Source: a virus (Duplodnaviria; Caudoviricetes). From it: a DNA stretch of 64,000 nucleotides. A program made the translations under genes and the position numbers. A model generated the notes under the pieces. That model was not told the origin of the DNA. It did not search any database and saw only the letters and a list, made by a program, of their open reading frames with translations. Where the stretch lies: the IMG/VR virus record IMGVR_UViG_3300027804_002460, positions 1,513 through 65,512 of that record. One strand, 5' to 3'. The first letter of the stretch is position 1. Each line of letters starts with the position of its first letter. Shown piece after piece: positions 19,871 to 28,751 of this stretch.

Positions 19871-20662
19871 ATGGCAACAAATAATTTAGTTATTGGTAAT
19901 ACTTCTCAATTAAGTTATTACTTTCCTGAAAATTATGAAAAAATTTCATCAAGGAATATTGATTACGACAAAATTCTGAGTAAAAAATACGACTCAATTT
20001 ATTTATTGTTTTCTGAACAAAGAACATTTTTAGGAGAACCTTTGGAGTTCTTTACAAAAGTTAATTACGATTACACAATTGAGGTAATAGATAAATTAAA
20101 GGATTTTGCGGATAGATTAGTAATTTATTCAACATCAGAACTTTGGAACAATTACGATGGGTGTGTGTCAGTATCTGACCCATATAATTACAACGAGACA
20201 CCGTACATAAAATCAAAAGAATTGATGTGTAATCACATTAATCAAAATAAAGATAAGTATAGTAACGTCATTATCATCTACCCGTTTAACTTCAATTCGG
20301 TTTACAGAAAAGAAGGGTTTTTGTTTGGGAAAATATATAAATCATTACTGAATGGTGAGAAGATTTCTATCGGGGATATAAACTTTGATAGGGATTTAAT
20401 ACACCCAAAAACTATTGTTGATAATTCAATTAATACAAATACTGACATTTTAATTGGGTCGGGTGTACTTATTAATGTCAAAAACTTTGTTCACGATCTC
20501 TTTAAACTACACAATAAAAATTTTAAAGATTATATTTCAGTAGAAGTTAAAAATAACTTACCAAATACAAGAAAGGATTATTTTAGTTGCGTCAAATATT
20601 CAAACTATAATGATCTTTTAAACTTAACAATAAAAGACATCTATGAGTATAAAATTAGTTAA
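19871..20662 (+). CDS. Atypical NAD-dependent epimerase/reductase (SDR)
   Basis: Degenerate Rossmann motif IGNTSQLS; YSTSE and YIKSK catalytic residues; PFNFNS. Confidence 0.6.
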   Translation: MATNNLVIGNTSQLSYYFPENYEKISSRNIDYDKILSKKYDSIYLLFSEQRTFLGEPLEFFTKVNYDYTIEVIDKLKDFADRLVIYSTSELWNNYDGCVSVSDPYNYNETPYIKSKELMCNHINQNKDKYSNVIIIYPFNFNSVYRKEGFLFGKIYKSLLNGEKISIGDINFDRDLIHPKTIVDNSINTNTDILIGSGVLINVKNFVHDLFKLHNKNFKDYISVEVKNNLPNTRKDYFSCVKYSNYNDLLNLTIKDIYEYKIS

Positions 20663-21794
20663 AGATACCATCAATTTTGACGACATATCCAATTTAATAG
20701 AATGGTTAAAAACAAATCCAAGATTAACAAAAGGTAATTTAACTGTTGAATTTGAAAAGAAGTGGTCTGAGTGGTTAGGAGTAAAATACTCGGTTTTTGT
20801 CAATTCAGGGTCATCCGCAAATTTAGCAGGAATTTATTCTTTGATCTTATCGGAAAGAATGAGAAACAAAAAAATTATAGTTCCTGCGGTTTCTTGGGTG
20901 ACGACAGTAACACCAGCAATTCAATTAGGGTTAGAACCTATAATGTGTGACTGTGATGAGAATAATTTAGGTTTAAATATTGACCATTTAAAACAGATAA
21001 TACTTGAGGAGTCTCCTTCAGCAATTATTTTGGTACATGTATTAGGATTCCCTAACCATATGTCTGAAATAATAGATTTGTGTAATGAACATGGGATTCT
21101 TTTGGTTGAGGACACGTGTGAGTCTATTGGTAGTACATACCAAAATAAAAAAGTAGGTACTTTTGGGGATCTATCGACATTCTCTTTTTATTTTGGTCAC
21201 CACATGTCAACAATTGAGGGTGGTATGATATCAACTAATGATGAAGACCTTTATCATATATTATTGTCCATAAGATCACATGGGTGGGATAGAGATTTAC
21301 CAAAAGAGGTACAAAATAAGTTAAGAGAAGACTATAAAATAAATAATTTTAGAGCACTTTATACTTTTTACTATCCAGGGTTTAACCTAAGAGCTACAGA
21401 CTTACAAGCATTTTTAGGTTTAGGTCAATTAGAAAAATTAGATTTAATTATTAAAAATAGAAACAATAATTATCTGAGATATAAAGAAGAGATAAATAAT
21501 ACTTATTGGGACATTCACGAGCCTGAGGGTTCTTTTGTTTCAAATTTTTCATTTCCAATCATAACTAAAAATATAAACAAATTAGTGGAGGAGCTGGAAA
21601 AAAATGACATAGAATGTCGACCATTAATATGTGGGTCAATAAATGAACACCCTTTTTGGTATGAAAGATATGGTAAAAAAGATTTACCAATTTCAAAAAC
21701 TATACATGAGTATGGATTATACATACCAAATAATCATCAAATGACTGAAGAAGAAATAAACAAAGTAATAAAAATAGTTAACGAAAACTTATGA
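20643..21794 (+). CDS. PLP-dependent DegT-family enzyme, ColD-like GDP-4-keto-6-deoxymannose 3-dehydratase
   Basis: VNSGSSANL, VEDTCES, FSFYFGHHMSTIEGG (His where aminotransferases have the Schiff-base Lys), GFNLR. Confidence 0.75.
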   Translation: MSIKLVKDTINFDDISNLIEWLKTNPRLTKGNLTVEFEKKWSEWLGVKYSVFVNSGSSANLAGIYSLILSERMRNKKIIVPAVSWVTTVTPAIQLGLEPIMCDCDENNLGLNIDHLKQIILEESPSAIILVHVLGFPNHMSEIIDLCNEHGILLVEDTCESIGSTYQNKKVGTFGDLSTFSFYFGHHMSTIEGGMISTNDEDLYHILLSIRSHGWDRDLPKEVQNKLREDYKINNFRALYTFYYPGFNLRATDLQAFLGLGQLEKLDLIIKNRNNNYLRYKEEINNTYWDIHEPEGSFVSNFSFPIITKNINKLVEELEKNDIECRPLICGSINEHPFWYERYGKKDLPISKTIHEYGLYIPNNHQMTEEEINKVIKIVNENL

Positions 21795-22768
21795 AAAAAG
21801 CATTGATAACAGGAATTAACGGACAAGATGGTTCTTATTTGGCGGAACTTTTAATTGATAAAGGATATGAAGTATGGGGTACAGTCAAAAGAAATTCAGT
21901 TTCTGAGACCCAATCAACAAGAATAGAACATTTACGTGAAAGCGGTCTTTTGAACTTAGAATATGCCGATCTTACGGATATGGCTTCATTAGTGAGAGTA
22001 TTATCTAAAGTTCAACCAGATGAAGTTTATAATTTAGCAGCACAATCACATGTACGTGTAAGTTTTGATCAACCTATCTATACCGCAAATGTTACTGGTG
22101 TTGGTACCTTGAACATGTTAGAAGCGGTTAGGTTAGTTTCCCCAAATTCAAAAATATATCAAGCATCTTCATCCGAAATGTTTGGTAATTCAATCGATAG
22201 TGATGGATACCAAAGAGAAACAACACCAATGCATCCAGTATCACCCTACGGATGTGCAAAAGTTTTTTCCTACAACATTTGTAGGAACTATAGAAATGCT
22301 TATGACATGAAAATATGGAATGGTATTTTATTTAATCATGAATCACCAAGACGTGGAACTAATTTCGTAACAAATAAAGTGGTCAAAGCGGCTGTTAGAA
22401 TTAAATTAGGTTTACAGAAAAATTTACATTTAGGTAATTTAGAAGCAACTAGAGATTGGGGTCATGCGAAAGATTATGTTGAGGCAATGTGGTTGATGCT
22501 ACAATCAGATGAGCCAGATGATTATGTTTGTGCAACAGGTATATCCCATTCAGTTAGAGACTTATGTGAGTATGTCTTTAGTTCACTAAATTTAGATTAT
22601 AAAGATTATGTGGTTGTTGATGAAAAACATTTTAGACCTGAAGAATTGGATAACTTGAAAGGGGACTCAACTAAACTACAAAAAAAATTGTCTTGGGAGA
22701 TTAAATATACTTTTGAAACAATGTTAGATGAAATGATTCAATATTGGATGGGGTATTATGGAAAATAA
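21791..22768 (+). CDS. gmd: GDP-mannose 4,6-dehydratase
   Basis: ALITGINGQDGSYLA, AAQSHVRVSF, YQASSSEMFG, SPYGCAK, FNHESPRRG, RDWGHAKDY. Confidence 0.97.
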   Translation: MKKALITGINGQDGSYLAELLIDKGYEVWGTVKRNSVSETQSTRIEHLRESGLLNLEYADLTDMASLVRVLSKVQPDEVYNLAAQSHVRVSFDQPIYTANVTGVGTLNMLEAVRLVSPNSKIYQASSSEMFGNSIDSDGYQRETTPMHPVSPYGCAKVFSYNICRNYRNAYDMKIWNGILFNHESPRRGTNFVTNKVVKAAVRIKLGLQKNLHLGNLEATRDWGHAKDYVEAMWLMLQSDEPDDYVCATGISHSVRDLCEYVFSSLNLDYKDYVVVDEKHFRPEELDNLKGDSTKLQKKLSWEIKYTFETMLDEMIQYWMGYYGK

Positions 22769-23678
22769 TAAAATTCTAGTAACTGGTGGTCACGGTTTAG
22801 TTGGATCTGAATTTGTTGGAAACCAATATTATAAGCCAACTTCAAAAGAATACGACCTGAGGAATCCAAATGATGTAAATAGGTTAATGTTAAAACAATT
22901 TGACAGTGTTATTCATACAGCAGGAAAAGTTGGTGGTCTTGGGGGTAACATGAATCATAAAGGTGAATTTTTTTATGATAACATAATGATTAACACAAAT
23001 GTTATTGAGTCAGCAAGACTTACTAAAGTAAAAAATTTGGTAGCATTTTTATCAACATGCGTTTTTCCAAATGATGTTGAGTACCCCTTAACAGAAAAAA
23101 AAGTTCACTTAGGTCCTCCTCATTTTTCTAATGATGCTTATGCTTATGCTAAAAGAATGACTGACATACAAATAAGGGCGTACAAAGAACAATATGGTCT
23201 AAATTATAAATCCGTTATTCCCTCAAATATTTATGGCCCAAATGATAATTACAATATTGTAAATGGTCACGTTGTTCCTTCACTAATACATAAATGTTAT
23301 GTTGCAAGAGAAAACAAAACACCATTAAAAATATGGGGATCAGGTAAACCTTTACGTGAATTTATATTTAGTAAAGATGTTGCAAAATTAACCGAATGGG
23401 TTTTATACAACTACAACGAAAATGAACCAATAATATTATCAACATCTGAAGAAATATCAATCAAAGAGGTTGTTGATGTAATAACAGAATTGATGAACTT
23501 CAAAGGGGATGTAATTTTTGACTCCTCAAAACCCGATGGTCAGTTTAGAAAACCATCAGACAATACTAAAATCAAAAATTATCTACCAAATTTCAAATTT
23601 ACCCCATTCTATGAAGGTCTGAAGGAAACTATTGAATTTTTTGAAAAAAATTATAGTATTGTAAGAAAAAATGGATAA
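22758..23678 (+). CDS. fcl: GDP-L-fucose synthase / GDP-colitose synthase (Fcl/WcaG/ColC family)
   Basis: LVTGGHGLVG, AGKVGG, FLSTCVFP, YAYAKR, NIYGPNDN, WGSGKPLREF, KPDGQFRK. Confidence 0.92.
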   Translation: MENNKILVTGGHGLVGSEFVGNQYYKPTSKEYDLRNPNDVNRLMLKQFDSVIHTAGKVGGLGGNMNHKGEFFYDNIMINTNVIESARLTKVKNLVAFLSTCVFPNDVEYPLTEKKVHLGPPHFSNDAYAYAKRMTDIQIRAYKEQYGLNYKSVIPSNIYGPNDNYNIVNGHVVPSLIHKCYVARENKTPLKIWGSGKPLREFIFSKDVAKLTEWVLYNYNENEPIILSTSEEISIKEVVDVITELMNFKGDVIFDSSKPDGQFRKPSDNTKIKNYLPNFKFTPFYEGLKETIEFFEKNYSIVRKNG

Positions 23679-24117
23679 ACAAAACAGAATTATAGGTATT
23701 ACTTGTTCGACATTCGATCTGCTCCATGCAGGTCATATAATAATGTTAGAAGAATGTAAAAAATACTGTGATTACCTAATATGTGCCCTACAAGTGGACC
23801 CATCATTTGACAGACCTGAAAAAAACAAACCAATTCAATCTTTAGTAGAAAGATACATCCAATTGGACGCCGTCCAATATGTGGATAAAATCATACCTTA
23901 TAACAATGAGGAAGAATTAAAAACTATATTCTCATCTCTAGATATTGATATTAGAATTATTGGTGAAGAGTACAAAGATAAAAACTTCACCGCAAAAGAT
24001 ATTTGTATGAAAAGAAATATAAGATTTGTTTATAATAAAAGAGATCACAATTTTTCTACAAGTAGTTTAAGAAAAAGGATTTATGATCAAGAATCCACTA
24101 AAAGATTTGTAAAATAA
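23671..24117 (+). CDS. Cytidylyltransferase (TagD-like)
   Basis: FDLLHAGH (HxGH), R..STSSLR. Confidence 0.85.
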   Translation: MDKQNRIIGITCSTFDLLHAGHIIMLEECKKYCDYLICALQVDPSFDRPEKNKPIQSLVERYIQLDAVQYVDKIIPYNNEEELKTIFSSLDIDIRIIGEEYKDKNFTAKDICMKRNIRFVYNKRDHNFSTSSLRKRIYDQESTKRFVK

Positions 24118-24120
24118 AAT

Positions 24121-24852
24121 ATGACGAGAAGAAAACCGCAACCAACAGAAGAACCTTATGTTCCACTGAATTCTAAAAAAGATGTGATATCACAAGTAGT
24201 TAAAAAAAGACCAAAAGGTAAATTTTTAACTGAAAATCAAAAAATTTATTCTGAAACATTATTAAATAATCAGATCACTATTTGTTCAGGACCTGCAGGT
24301 GTTGGTAAAAGTTACGTAGCTATGAAAACTGCCGTAGATCTTTTATTAGATGATGGTAATGGATATGATAAAATTATAATTGTAAGACCAGCTGTCGAGG
24401 CCGAAGAAAAATTAGGAGCACTACCTGGTAACTTAGAAGAAAAATTAGACCCATATATCTTCCCATCTTATTACCTTTTGAATAAAATCATTGGTAAAGA
24501 AGCAAAAGAAAAATTAAAAGATGCTGAGGTAATTGAAGTATTTGCATTAGCTTACATGAGAGGTATGACAATAGACAACTCAATCTTAATTTTTGAGGAG
24601 GCTCAAAATGCTACTCCAAAACAAATGAAATTACTATTGACGAGAATAGGTACTAACACTAAATTCTTTATTTCTGGTGATATTGAACAAACTGATAGAT
24701 ATAAAGATAAAAAACACTCAGGTTTGTATGATGCTTTAATTAGATTTAACGGAATTAATGGTATTGGGATATTTGAGTTTGGAGATAAAGATGGAGTTAG
24801 AAATCCGATAATTACAAAAATATTACAAAAATATGATGAGGATAGGGATTGA
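24121..24852 (+). CDS. phoH: PhoH-family ATPase
   Basis: GPAGVGKS, RPAVEAEEKLGALPG, YMRGMT, EEAQN, LTRIG, GDIEQTD. Confidence 0.95.
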   Translation: MTRRKPQPTEEPYVPLNSKKDVISQVVKKRPKGKFLTENQKIYSETLLNNQITICSGPAGVGKSYVAMKTAVDLLLDDGNGYDKIIIVRPAVEAEEKLGALPGNLEEKLDPYIFPSYYLLNKIIGKEAKEKLKDAEVIEVFALAYMRGMTIDNSILIFEEAQNATPKQMKLLLTRIGTNTKFFISGDIEQTDRYKDKKHSGLYDALIRFNGINGIGIFEFGDKDGVRNPIITKILQKYDEDRD

Positions 24853-25498
24853 TATTAATGGTGTATTAAGAGATACTATCGGAAAATTTACTCAACTATA
24901 TGAAAAGCATCTAATTGAGAGTAATACTGATGATGAGGTTACGCAAACAACCTATGAACTTGATATGTCTGGTAACACAAAACCAATAACAGAAACATTA
25001 GAAAAGTTCGAGTATAAACAAATATCTGATGTGAATTCCTTAGAGTTAGATAAACATTTTTCTTTTAGGGGTAAGGATGAGTTATTTAATTTTATGTATG
25101 AAGAATATGCAATGGAATTATTTGGTCATGCTCCATCAACAGAGATGACCACATTTAATATTTTGAATGAAATTTACTTTAGTCTGAGAGATGAAAATGA
25201 ATTGGTAATTGTTTCAGGTGAAATTGGTAAATCAAAACCGTCGTCATTATTTTTCTTATCAAAATTTGGTTGTTTATTAGAAAAAGTAATTTTTTTCAGT
25301 GAAATAACAAAAAACAATATGTGGAATCAAATAGACATTTTACTTACCGCAGATCCTATTCTATTATTAGAAAAACCTGTAGGTAAAATTGTTGTTAAGT
25401 TTAACACTTCCTACAATAAACAAATCAAATCAGATTATGAAATTTCTTCACTTTCTGAATTTGAACAAATTATACAAAACCTTAAACAAAATGTTTAA
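24833..25498 (+). CDS. HAD-superfamily 5'-nucleotidase-like protein
   Basis: RIGIDINGVLRD, a HAD motif I variant (DxN). Confidence 0.55.
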   Translation: MMRIGIDINGVLRDTIGKFTQLYEKHLIESNTDDEVTQTTYELDMSGNTKPITETLEKFEYKQISDVNSLELDKHFSFRGKDELFNFMYEEYAMELFGHAPSTEMTTFNILNEIYFSLRDENELVIVSGEIGKSKPSSLFFLSKFGCLLEKVIFFSEITKNNMWNQIDILLTADPILLLEKPVGKIVVKFNTSYNKQIKSDYEISSLSEFEQIIQNLKQNV

Positions 25499-25745
25499 TA
25501 TTTTTGATGAACATTACTATATCGACTTAGACAAAATTGAAGATGAAGTCGCTTTAGTAGGTACAAGCGGGGAATCCCAAATTCATTTAGTTAAATACGA
25601 AATGATAAAAAATATGGTAGAAACCGTTCTTACAGAAGACGAAATAGTTGATGAAAAAATGGGATTTAAAACTAATGAAGTTTCTATCCCTTTCAAAATT
25701 TCTTTCAACACATTACTGATGAAAAAAATAATAAATAAATTATAA
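25491..25745 (+). CDS. Hypothetical protein
   Basis: Likely start MFNIFDEH within track ORF 25389..25745. Confidence 0.6.
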   Translation: MFNIFDEHYYIDLDKIEDEVALVGTSGESQIHLVKYEMIKNMVETVLTEDEIVDEKMGFKTNEVSIPFKISFNTLLMKKIINKL

Positions 25746-25750
25746 TAGAT

Positions 25751-26809
25751 ATGAATACAGAACAAATCACAAAATTGGAAAATTCTATCAACAACATGAA
25801 AGAGAAGTTGTCTAGAATTTATTTCATAGTACAAGACACCAAAGGAAACGCTAAGGCATCTGTTAGATACATTTACCAAATGGCATTAACATTAAAGAGA
25901 AATGGATATAACTCAATCATCCTTCATGAAAAACCTGAATACTTCGGTGTTGATTCTTGGCTAGGAGAAGAATATATGACTGAATTAGAACACAGAGCTA
26001 TTGAAGGTACTAGCTTGGAAATTTCACCTGATGATCTAATTATCATACCTGAAATCTATGGTTTTATTATGGACCAAATTACTAAATTACCTTGTGGTAA
26101 AATTGTTCTTTGTCAAGCATTTGATCATATATTTGAGACTTTACAACCAGGTCAAACTTGGAGTCAATTAGGATTCTACAAATGTATTACAACTTCTAAC
26201 AAACAAAAAGAACTTATTGAGTCAGTTATGAGAAATGTTTATACTGATGTTATTTCACCATATATTTCGGATACTTTCCAAAAAAATATTTTCCCACCTA
26301 AAACTATTGTGAACATCCACACAAGAGATCATAGAGATACTACTAACTTGATTAAATCATTCTACGCTAAATTCCCTCAATATAGATGGATTACATTTAG
26401 AGATTTAAGAGGTTTGTCTGAAGAAGAATTTAGCGAAGCCATGAAAGATAGTTTTATTTCAGTTTGGATTGACCAAACAAGTTCTTTTGGAACTTTCCCG
26501 TTAGAGTCTATGAAAATGGGTATACCAGTATTAGGTTTGGTTCCTGACTATGTGCCGTCATGGATGAATGAAGACAATGGTCTGTGGGTAAATAATAAAA
26601 CGATTATTGTTGACGTATTATCAGATTTTATTCAAAATTGGTTAGAAGACAATTTAAACCCTGAGTTGTTTGCTAATATGGATTCAACAATTGAATCAAT
26701 AAGTAATTTTGAAAAATTCCAATCTGAAACATTAGAATTATTTGGTAAAATGTTCGAGAGTAGAATCGCTTCTTTTGAAGATCAACTAACTAAAATTGAA
26801 ACAGTATAA
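25751..26809 (+). CDS. Glycosyltransferase, GT-B fold
   Basis: IIIPEIYG...SSFGTFPLESMKMGIPVLG (ExxxxG.PV pattern). Confidence 0.7.
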   Translation: MNTEQITKLENSINNMKEKLSRIYFIVQDTKGNAKASVRYIYQMALTLKRNGYNSIILHEKPEYFGVDSWLGEEYMTELEHRAIEGTSLEISPDDLIIIPEIYGFIMDQITKLPCGKIVLCQAFDHIFETLQPGQTWSQLGFYKCITTSNKQKELIESVMRNVYTDVISPYISDTFQKNIFPPKTIVNIHTRDHRDTTNLIKSFYAKFPQYRWITFRDLRGLSEEEFSEAMKDSFISVWIDQTSSFGTFPLESMKMGIPVLGLVPDYVPSWMNEDNGLWVNNKTIIVDVLSDFIQNWLEDNLNPELFANMDSTIESISNFEKFQSETLELFGKMFESRIASFEDQLTKIETV

Positions 26810-26811
26810 TT

Positions 26812-27618
26812 ATGAGTATCGAAAATAAAATATCAGTTATTTTACCTATTAAATCAGGTAAAGCAATAGACTTCAAAGAGTTCTTTGATAAGTGTATCCA
26901 ATCAATAAGAAATCAAGGTGAATATTTAAATGAACTAATTATTGTTCATGGTTCTGAAGATTTTTTAACTAACTTCTTAGATGAGTATGAGTTTAGTGGT
27001 TTGACAGTTGTAAGAGAAGTTTGGTCAGAATCTCCTAATTTTGCAAAACAAGTTAATAGAGGTGTTGAGTTATCAACATCTGAATGGTGTTCAATTGCAG
27101 AGTTTGACGATGAATATTCAAATATTTGGTTCAAAAACGCAACTAAATATATGGATATTTATAAAGATGTAGATGCTTTTTTACCAATCGTTGTTGACGT
27201 TGATGATAAATTGGTTTTCGCTGGTTTTACTAACGAAGCTACTTTTGCAGCAAACGTATCAACAGATATGGGAATTTTGACAAATGAAACATTACAAACA
27301 TATCAAAATTTCCAAACATCAGGTATGGTTTTCAAGAAAGAAAAATACCAAGAAGTTGGTGGTATTAAGTCTAACATTAAACTTACTTTCGGATATGAAT
27401 TATTTTTAAGACTAACACACAACTCAGTAAAAATTATGACAATACCTCGTATTGGTTATAAACACATGAATTTAAGAGAAGGATCTATATTTTGGAATTA
27501 CAAAAATGGTGATGATAGATTAGATCAGGATGAAGCAAGATTTTGGATTGAGTCAGCAAAAAAAGAATATTTTTTCAAAAACGAAAGAGATATAAATTAT
27601 GAACCACAAAATATTTGA
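26812..27618 (+). CDS. Glycosyltransferase family 2
   Basis: ISVILPI...NRGVE...AEFDDEY. Confidence 0.75.
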   Translation: MSIENKISVILPIKSGKAIDFKEFFDKCIQSIRNQGEYLNELIIVHGSEDFLTNFLDEYEFSGLTVVREVWSESPNFAKQVNRGVELSTSEWCSIAEFDDEYSNIWFKNATKYMDIYKDVDAFLPIVVDVDDKLVFAGFTNEATFAANVSTDMGILTNETLQTYQNFQTSGMVFKKEKYQEVGGIKSNIKLTFGYELFLRLTHNSVKIMTIPRIGYKHMNLREGSIFWNYKNGDDRLDQDEARFWIESAKKEYFFKNERDINYEPQNI

Positions 27619-28361
27619 TGGTAAACAATGAAACTGAAATTTCAATAGAAAAGAAGAAGAAAGGAAGAAAACCAAAAGCCAATAATTATTTTGATGAACG
27701 GGAAGAGACGGCGGTTAAAATGTTTTTAATCGCCGAAACTTATGAAGAAAGAAACAAAATATATAATGAATTTTTGAGAGACCCTTTAGATAAAATGATA
27801 TCTTCAATTATTAGAAGATATAAATTGTACAGGAAGGATATGAACTACGAAGAAATACACGTAGATACACATTCTTTTCTTATGACAAAGATTGAGAAAT
27901 TTAAACCTTCTAAAGAGAAGAAAGCATACTCATACTTTGGGACGATCTGTAAAAATTATTTGATGGGTCAAATAATGAAAGATCAAAAAGAAATGAATAG
28001 AAAAATATCTTACGAAGATATTTCATCTGACCTTTCCAATAGAGCTGAAATGTCATACTTCATTGATAATGACGAATTAAGTTCTGAAACAATTATAAAA
28101 AAGTTTCTTGAAAGACTGAAAGATAATTTAGATAATAATGAGACTAATGATCAAGAACACAAATTAGGTTCTGCAATTTATGACTTATTCGAAAACTATA
28201 ATCAAATTTTTCACGAGTCAAGCAACAACAAGTTTAATAAGAATCTTATTCTTTTTGAATTGAGGGAAATGACTAATTTATCCACTAAAGAAATAAGAAA
28301 TTCTATTAAAAAATATAAAAAGTTATATTTTGATTTAGTTCAAGAATTACTGAAAGATTGA
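27615..28361 (+). CDS. Putative phage sigma factor (T4 gp55-like late sigma)
   Basis: KIEKFKPSKEKKAYSYFGTICKNYL resembles sigma region 2 as seen in gp55-like factors; C-terminal helix-turn-helix-like segment. Confidence 0.55.
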   Translation: MMVNNETEISIEKKKKGRKPKANNYFDEREETAVKMFLIAETYEERNKIYNEFLRDPLDKMISSIIRRYKLYRKDMNYEEIHVDTHSFLMTKIEKFKPSKEKKAYSYFGTICKNYLMGQIMKDQKEMNRKISYEDISSDLSNRAEMSYFIDNDELSSETIIKKFLERLKDNLDNNETNDQEHKLGSAIYDLFENYNQIFHESSNNKFNKNLILFELREMTNLSTKEIRNSIKKYKKLYFDLVQELLKD

Positions 28362-28372
28362 TATTTACTAGT

Positions 28373-28744
28373 ATGCCAAGACCACCGAAAAAAGAGATAA
28401 ATTTATCAAAAGAGTCAATGTTATCTTTGATGCAAGAAATCTACAATGAATTAGTAGAACAAAGAAACACCGCAATTAGAATCCAAAACAAAATGTTGAC
28501 AATGATGAAGGAACCTGAGGACATGACTCTTATTGGTCCTGTAATTGAAAAACAACAAAAAATAATTAATGACTGTGTTGAAAAAAAATTAACCCTTTCA
28601 AAATTACAATCCACAATGTGGCAAAAATCTACGGATAAAGAACAGGATTTCACTCTCTCTGATTTAGACATGGATGACGTTGCAATTCAAAGTCTACTTC
28701 AAAAAGACATCAACAATGATGGGACCTATAAAATGAAAAAATAA
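28373..28744 (+). CDS. Hypothetical coiled-coil protein
   Basis: Likely start MPRPPKK; TATTTAC variant motif upstream. Confidence 0.65.
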   Translation: MPRPPKKEINLSKESMLSLMQEIYNELVEQRNTAIRIQNKMLTMMKEPEDMTLIGPVIEKQQKIINDCVEKKLTLSKLQSTMWQKSTDKEQDFTLSDLDMDDVAIQSLLQKDINNDGTYKMKK

Positions 28745-28751
28745 TTTTTAT

